DNA from: the human T2T-CHM13v2.0 reference genome, Homo sapiens
Length of the DNA: 64,000 nucleotides
Reading direction: 5' to 3' (one strand)
Assembly: GCF_009914755.1 (NCBI RefSeq)
Contig: NC_060948.1
In this document: positions 56,560 through 64,000 of the stretch, in pieces
Numbering within the stretch: position 1 is the first letter of the stretch
Layout of the letters: every line of letters starts with the position of its first letter
The notes under the pieces: generated by a model
The model's input: the letters and a program-made list of their open reading frames with translations, nothing else
Told to the model about the DNA's origin: nothing
Database searches by the model: none
Translations under genes and position numbers: made by a program

Positions 56560-59500
56560 CGGACTCCTTTGGAATGGTGTAGTATGCAATGCAATCGACT
56601 GGCAGGGAATCAAAAGGAATGTAATCGAATGGATTGGACTGGAATGCAATGGATTCGAATAGATTGGAAACGGAATGCAAAGGAATGGAATGGAATAGTA
56701 TGGAATGGAATGGAAAGGAATGGAGTGGAATAGACTAGAGTGGAATGGAATGGACTGGAAAGCAATGGACTGGAATGGAACTTTCTTGAATGGACTGGAA
56801 TCAAACGGAATGGAATGCAATGCAATCAAATGGCATGGAATAAAATAGAATGAAAGAGAATCAAACAGAATTGAATCGAATGGAATCGAATGGATTGGAA
56901 AGGAATAGAATGGAATGGAATGGAATTGACTCAAATGGAATGGACTAGAATGGAATGGATTCGAATGGAAGGCAAAGGAATGGAATCTATTGGAATGGAC
57001 TGTAATGGAATGGAATGGAAGGGATTGGAATGGACTCGAATGGAATGGACTGCAATAGAAAGGATTCGAATGGAATGAAAAAGAATTGAATGGAATAGAA
57101 CAGAATGGAATCAAATCGAATGAAATGGAATGGAATAGAAAGGAATGGAATGAAATGGAATGGAAAGGATTCGAATGGAATGCAATCGAATGGAATGCAA
57201 TCGAATGGAATGGAATCGAATTGAATGGAATAAAATGGAAGAAAACTGGCAAGAAATGGAATCGAAATGAATGGAGTGTTATGGAACGGACTCAAAAGGA
57301 ATTGAATGTAATAGAATGGAGTGGAGGGACTCGAATATAATGGACTGGAATGGAATGAAATCACATGGAATGGGAACGAATGGAATGGAGTGGAAAGGAA
57401 TGGAATCGAATGGAAAGGAATCGAATGGAAGGGAATGAAATTGAATCAACAGGAATGGAAGGGAATAGAATAGACGGTAATGGAATGGACTCGAATAGAA
57501 TGGAAACGAATGCTCAAATTGAATGGACTCGAGTGGAATGGAAACGAAACGAATGTCATCGAATGGAATTGAATCGATTGGAATGAAATCGCATAGAATG
57601 GACTGGAATCAAATGGAATTGAGTCGAAAGGAAAGGAAGCCAATGGACTGAAATGAAATGGAATGGAATTGAATGGAAAGTAATGCAATGGAATAGAATG
57701 GAACGAAATTTCACGGAATGGAATCAAACTGAATGGAATCAAATCAATGGAATATAATCAAATGGAATGGAAAGGAATTGAATGGAGTAGATGGGACTGG
57801 ATGGGATTGGAATGAAATGTACTGGAAAGGACTCGAATTTCATGAAACGGAATGGAATGAATTGGAACGGAATGGACTCGAATGGAATGGAATGTCATGG
57901 AATGGCATCAAATGGAATGGAATCGAATGCAATGGAATGCTATGGAATGGAATGGAATGCATTGGAATGGAATGTCCTCTAATGGAATGGATTCGAGTGG
58001 AATGGAATCGAATATAATGGAGTCGAATGAAATGGAATTGAAAGGAATGGGATCGAATACAATGGAATATACTGGAATGTAACGTAATGAACTCGAATGT
58101 AATTGACTGGAATGGAATGTACATGAATGGAATGTAATCGAATGGAAAGTAATCCAATGGAATAGAATCTAATGCAATAAAATCGACTCAAATAGAATAG
58201 AATGGAATGGAATGGAGTGCAGTGCAATGGAATGGAAGGGAATGGAATGCAATGGAATGGAATGTAATGGAATGGAATGGAATGGGATGGAATGGTATGG
58301 AATGGATAGTAATGGACTGGAGTGAAATGGACTGGAAAGGAATGGACTCAAATTGAAAGGGCTCGAAAGGAATGCAGTCAAATGGAATGATCTGGAATGG
58401 AATGAACACGAATGTAATGCAATCCAATAGAATGGAATCGAATGGCATGGAATATAAAGAAATGGAATCGAAGAGAATGGAAACAAATGGAATGGAATTG
58501 AATGGAATGGAATTGAATGGAATGAGAATGAATGGAGTGAAATTGTATGCAGTAGAAGAGAATAGAATGGAATGCAAGCGAAAGGAAAGGAATGGATTGG
58601 AATGGAATGGAATTCATTGGAATGGAAGGGAATGTAGTGTAATGGACAGGCCTGGAATAAAGTGGAATGCTACGGTCTCGAATGGAATAAAAATGTATGG
58701 AATGGAATGCAATGAAACGGAATCGAATGTCATAGAATGTAATGGAATGCAAAAAAATGGAATCCAAAATCATTGACTGGAAAGGTTGGGTGTCGAAAGG
58801 AATTGACTCCAATGGAATGGAATCGAATGGAATGGAAGTGAATAGAATCGAACTAAATCGAATGGAAGGGAATTGATAGGAACGGAATGGAAAGGAATGC
58901 AATGATTTGGCATGGAATGGAATCGAATGGCATCGAATGGAATGGAATGGAATGGAATGGAATGGAATGTATTAGAATGTAATGAACTTTAATGGAATGT
59001 ACTCGAATGGATTCGACTGGAATGGAATGTTCTGGAAGTGAATGGACTCCAATGGAATGGATTCGAAAGGAATGGAATCGAACGGAATGGAATCTAATGG
59101 AATGGAATTAAATGGAAATGAATCAAATTGAATAGCACGGAACTGAATTGAATGGAATGGAATGCAATGGAATCTAATGAAACGGAAAGGAAAGGAATGG
59201 AATGGAATGGAATGGGCTGGAATGGAATGGAATCGAAACAAATGGAATGGAATCGAACTGAAGAGACTGGAATGGAATGCACTGGAATGGAAGGGAGTGT
59301 AATGGAAGGTTCTCGAAAAAAATGGAATCGAATGGAATGGAATTGAATGGAACGGAATAGAGTCGAATGGAATTGAATGGAATGGAATGGACTAGAGTGA
59401 AATGGAATCGAACCACAAGGAATGGACAGGAATAGAATGGTCTCGAATTGAATGGAATCGTATGGAATGGCATCAAACGGAATGGAATGGACGGCCACGG

Positions 59501-60107
59501 AATGGAATGCACTCGAATGCAATGGAGTCGAAACTAATGGACTGGAATAGAATGGACTCGACTGGTACGGACTCCAATGGAATGGAATCGAATGGAAGGG
59601 AATCGAACGGAATGGACTCGAAGGGAAAAGACTGCAATGGAAAGGTCTCGAATGGAATGGAAATTAATGGAATGGAATGGAATCGAATGAAATGGAGTCA
59701 AAAGGAATGGAATCGAATGGCAAGAAATCGAATGTAATGGAATCGCAAGGAATTGATGTGAACGGAACGGAATGGAATGGAATCCAAAGGAATGGAATAG
59801 AATGGAATGGAATCGAATGGAAAGGACTCGAATGGAAATCACTCGAATAGAATGCAATTTAATAAAATAGGATCAAATGTAATGGAATGGAATGGAAAGG
59901 AATCGAAACGAAAGGAATGGAGACAGATGGAATGGAATGGAACAGAGAGCAATGGTATAGAATGGAATGGAATCATCTGGAATGGAATTGAATGGAATGG
60001 AATAATATGAAATGGAATGGAATGGAATGGAATGCCCTTGAATTAAATGGACTGGAATGGAATGGACTCGAACAGAGTGGAATGGAAAGTGTTGAAATAG
60101 AATGGAA
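56560..60107 (+). repeat. DYZ1 unit 3 (3548 bp)
   Basis: Landmark and ORF-track spacing. Confidence 0.9.
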
Positions 60108-63100
60108 TGGACTCGTTTGGAATGGTCTAGTATGCAATGCAATAGACTGGCAGGGAATCAAAAGGAATGTAATCGAATGGATTGGACTGGAATGCAATGG
60201 ACTCGAATAGATTGGAAACGGAAAGCAAAGGAATGGAATGGAATAGTATGGAATGGAATGCAAAGGAATGGAGTGGAATAGACTAGAGTGGAATGGAATG
60301 GACTCGAAAGCAATGGACTGGAATGGAACTTTCTTGAATGGACTGGAATCAAACGGAATGGAATGCAATGCAATCAAATGGCATGGAATAAAATAGAATG
60401 AAAGAGAATCAAATGGAATTGAATCGAATGGAATCGAATGGATTGGAAAGGAATAGAATGGAATGGAATGGAATTGACTCAAATGGAATGGACTAGAATG
60501 GAATGGATTCGAATGGAAGGCAAAGGAATGGAATCTATTGGAATGGACTGTAATGGAATGGAATGGAAGGGATTGGAATGGACTCGAATGGAATGGACTG
60601 CAGTAGAAAGGATTCGAATGGAATGAAAAAGAATTGAATGGAATAGAACAGAATGGAATCAAATCGAATGAAATGGAATGGAATAGAAAGGAATGGAATG
60701 AAACGGAATGGAAAGGATTCGAATGGAATGCAATCGAATGGAATGAAATCGAATGGAATGGAATCGAACGGAATGGAATAAAATGGAAGAAAACTGGCAA
60801 GAAATGGAATCGAAATGAATGGAGTGTTATGGAACGGACTCAAAAGGAATTGAATGTAATAGAATGGAGTGGAGTGGACTCGAATATAATGGACTAGAAT
60901 GGAATGAAATCACATGGAATGGGAACGAATGGAATGGAATGGAAAGGAATGGAATCGAATGGAAAGGAATCGAATGGAAGGGAATGAAATTGAATCAACA
61001 GGAATGGAAGGGAGTAGAATAGACGGTAATGGAATGGACTCGAATAGAATGGACACGAATGCTCAAATTGAATGGACTCGAATGGAATGGCAACGAAAGG
61101 AATGTCATCGAATGGAATTGAATCGATTGGAATGAAATCACATAGAATGGAGTGGAATCAAATGGAATTGAATCGAAAGGAAAGGAAGCGAATGGGCTGA
61201 AATGAAATGGAATGGAATTGAATGGAAATTAATGCAATGGAATAGAATGGAACGAAATTTCACGGAATGGAATCAAACTGAATGGAATCAAATCAATGGA
61301 ATATAATGAAATGGAATGGAAAGGAATTGAATGGAGTAGATTGGATTGGATGGGATTGGAATGAAATGTACTGGAAAGGACTCGAATTTCATGAAACGGA
61401 ATGGAATGAATTAGAACGGAATGGACTCGAATGGAATGGAATGTCATGGAATGGCATCAAATGGAATGGAATCGAATGCGATGGAATGCTATGGAATGGA
61501 ATGGAATGCATTGGAATGGAATGTCCTCTAATGGAATGTATTCGAGTGGAATGGAATCGAATATAATGGAGTCTAATGAAATGGAATTGAAAGGAATGGG
61601 ACCGAATACAATGGAATAAACTGGAATGTAATGTAATGAACTCGAATGTAATTGACTGGAATGGAATGTACATGAATGGAATGTAATCGAATGGAAAGCA
61701 ATCCAATGGAATAGAATCTAATGCAATAAAATCGACTCAAATAGAGTAGAATGTAATGGAATGGAGTGCAGTGCAATGGAATGGAATGGAATGCAATGGA
61801 ATGGAATGGAATGGAATGGAATGGGATGGAATGGTATGGAATGGATAGTAATGGACTGGAGTGAAATGGACTGGAAAAGAATGGACTCAAATTGAAAGGG
61901 CTCGAAAGGAATGGAGTCAAATGGAATGGTCTGGAATGGAATGAACACGAATGTAATGCAATCCAATAGAATGGAATCGAATGGCATGGAATATAAAGAA
62001 ATGGAATCGAAGAGAATGGAAACAAATGGAATGGAATTGAATGGAATGGAATTGAATGGAATGGGAACGAATGGAGTGAAATTGTATGCAGTAGAAGAGA
62101 ATAGAATGGAATGCAAGCGAAAGGAAAGGAATGGATTGGAATGGAATGGAATTCATTGGAATGGAAGGGAATGTAGTGTAATGGACAGGCCTGGAATAAA
62201 GTGGAATGCTACGGTCTCGAATGGAATAAAAATGTATGGAATGGAATGCAATGAAACGGAATCGAATGTCATAGAATGTAATGGAATGCAAAAAAATGGA
62301 CTCCAAAATCATTGACTGGAAAGGCTGGGTGTCGAAAGGAATTGACTCCAATGGAATGGAATCGAATGGAATGGAAGTGAATAGAATCGAACTAAATCGA
62401 ATGGAATGGAATTGATAGGAACGGAATGGAAAGGAATGCAATGATTTGGCATGGAATGGAATCGAAAGGCATCGAATGGAATGGAATGGAATGCAATGGA
62501 ATGGAATGTATTAGAATGTAATGAACATTAATGGAAAGTACTCGAATGGATTCGACTGGAATGGAATGTTCTGGAAGTGAATGGACTCCAATGGAATGGA
62601 TTCGAAAGGAATGGAATCGAACGGAATGGAATTAAACGGAAATGAATCAAATAGAATAGAACGGAATTGAATTGAATGGAATCGAATGCAATGGAATCTA
62701 ATGAAACGGAAAGGAATGGAATGGAATGGGCTGGAATGGAATGGAATCGAAACGAATGGAATGGAATCGAACTGAAGAGACTGGAATGGAATGCACTGGA
62801 ATGGAAGGGAATGTAATGGAAGGTTCTCGAAAAAAATGGAATCGAAAGGAATGGAATTGAATGGAACGGAATAGAGTCGAATGGAATTCAATGGAATGGA
62901 ATGGACTAGAGTGAAATGGAATCGAACCACAAGGAATGGACAGGAATAGAATGGTCTCGAATTGAATGGAATCGTATGGAATGGCATCAAACGGAATGGA
63001 ATGGACGGCCACGGAATGGAATGCACTCGAATGCAATGGAGTCGAAACTAATGGACTGGAATAGAATGGACTCGACTGGTACGGACTCCAATGGAATGGA

Positions 63101-63621
63101 ATCGAATGGAAGGGAATCGAACGGAATGGACTCGAAGGGAAAAGACTGCAATGGAAAGGTCTCGAATGGAATGGAAATTAATGGAATGGAATGGAATCGA
63201 ATGAAATGGAGTCAAAAGGAATGGAATCGAATGGCAAGAAATCGAATGTAATGGAATCGCAAGGAATTGATGTGAACGGAACGGAATGGAATGGAATCCA
63301 AAGGAATGGAATAGAATGGAATGGAATCGAATGGAAAGGACTCGAATGGAAATCACTCGAATAGAATGCAATTTAATAAAATAGGATCAAATGTAATGGA
63401 ATGGAATGGAAAGGAATCGAAACGAAAGGAATGGAGACAGATGGAATGGAATGGAACAGAGAGCAATGGTATAGAATGGAATGGAATCATCTGGAATGGA
63501 ATTGAATGGAATGGAATAATATGAAATGGAATGGAATGGAATGGAATGCCCTTGAATTAAATGGACTGGAATGGAATGGACTCGAACAGAGTGGAATGGA
63601 AAGTGTTGAAATAGAATGGAA
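60108..63621 (+). repeat. DYZ1 unit 4 (3514 bp)
   Basis: Landmark and ORF-track spacing. Confidence 0.9.
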
Positions 63622-64000
63622 TGGACTCGTTTGGAATGGTCTAGTATGCAATGCAATAGACTGGCAGGGAATCAAAAGGAATGTAATCGAATGGATTGGA
63701 CTGGAATGCAATGGACTCGAATAGATTGGAAACGGAAAGCAAAGGAATGGAATGGAATAGTATGGAATGGAATGGAAAGGAATGGAGTGGAATAGACTAG
63801 AGTGGAATGGAATGGACTGGAAAGCAATGGACTGGAATGGAACTTTCTTGAATGGACTGGAATCAAACGGAATGGAATGCAATGCAATCAAATGGCATGG
63901 AATAAAATAGAATGAAAGAGAATCAAATGGAATTGAATCGAATGGAATCGAATGGATTGGAAAGGAATAGAATGGAATGGAATGGAATTGACTCAAATGG
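63622..64000 (+). repeat. DYZ1 unit 5, partial (runs off the window)
   Basis: Landmark at 63622; colinear with 60108 onward. Confidence 0.9.

Larger units (their letters stand above)
50238..64000 (+). repeat. DYZ1: DYZ1 / HSat3 (GGAAT)n satellite array with ~3.5 kb higher-order unit
   Basis: Seen: degenerate GGAAT pentamers on the + strand. Landmark TGGACTCSTTTGGAATGGT recurs at 50238, 53017, 56560, 60108 and 63622. A conserved EcoRI site (~55062, 58610, 62149) and HaeIII/StuI site (55101, 58649, 62188) occur once per full unit. Known: DYZ1 is the ~3.4-3.56 kb HaeIII/EcoRI Y repeat that alternates with DYZ2 in Yq12. Confidence 0.95.

Noticed and set aside
50288-63996. Numerous MEWNG / FHSIP repeat ORFs up to 284 aa
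   Set aside because: (GGAAT)n has no stop codon in any frame on either strand, so these are the expected HSat2/3 translation artefact.
50238-64000. HSat2 or alpha-satellite/centromeric assignment
   Set aside because: There is no 171-bp period or CENP-B box and no dominant HSat2 CATTCGATTC-type repeat; the 3.5 kb period and adjacency to DYZ2 fit DYZ1/HSat3.

Overview
This window is entirely eukaryotic tandem satellite DNA. It matches human Yq12 heterochromatin at a boundary between a DYZ2 (HSat1B) array and a DYZ1 (HSat3) array. Positions 1-50237 are a head-to-tail ~2.42 kb composite repeat: ~1.55 kb of degenerate AT-rich sequence, a ~292 bp minus-strand 5'-truncated AluY-like element, and ~0.57 kb of HSATI-like sequence. 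There are 20 Alu-bearing copies plus one internally deleted copy. Positions 50238-64000 are (GGAAT)n-derived satellite with a ~3.5 kb higher-order unit (4 units plus the start of a fifth; the first is internally deleted). I see no credible protein-coding gene, RNA gene, CRISPR array or new enzymatic system; every ORF in the track is a by-product of the repeats. The interesting signal is array architecture: a hidden 26,587 bp (11-unit) duplication, local 2-5 unit haplotype runs, an edge divergence gradient with more ancestral Alu bases, an Alu-less deleted unit, a base-sharp DYZ2/DYZ1 junction, and mosaic DYZ1 units. The Yq12 assignment rests on recognising the families, not on a database search, and variant comparisons were made by eye.
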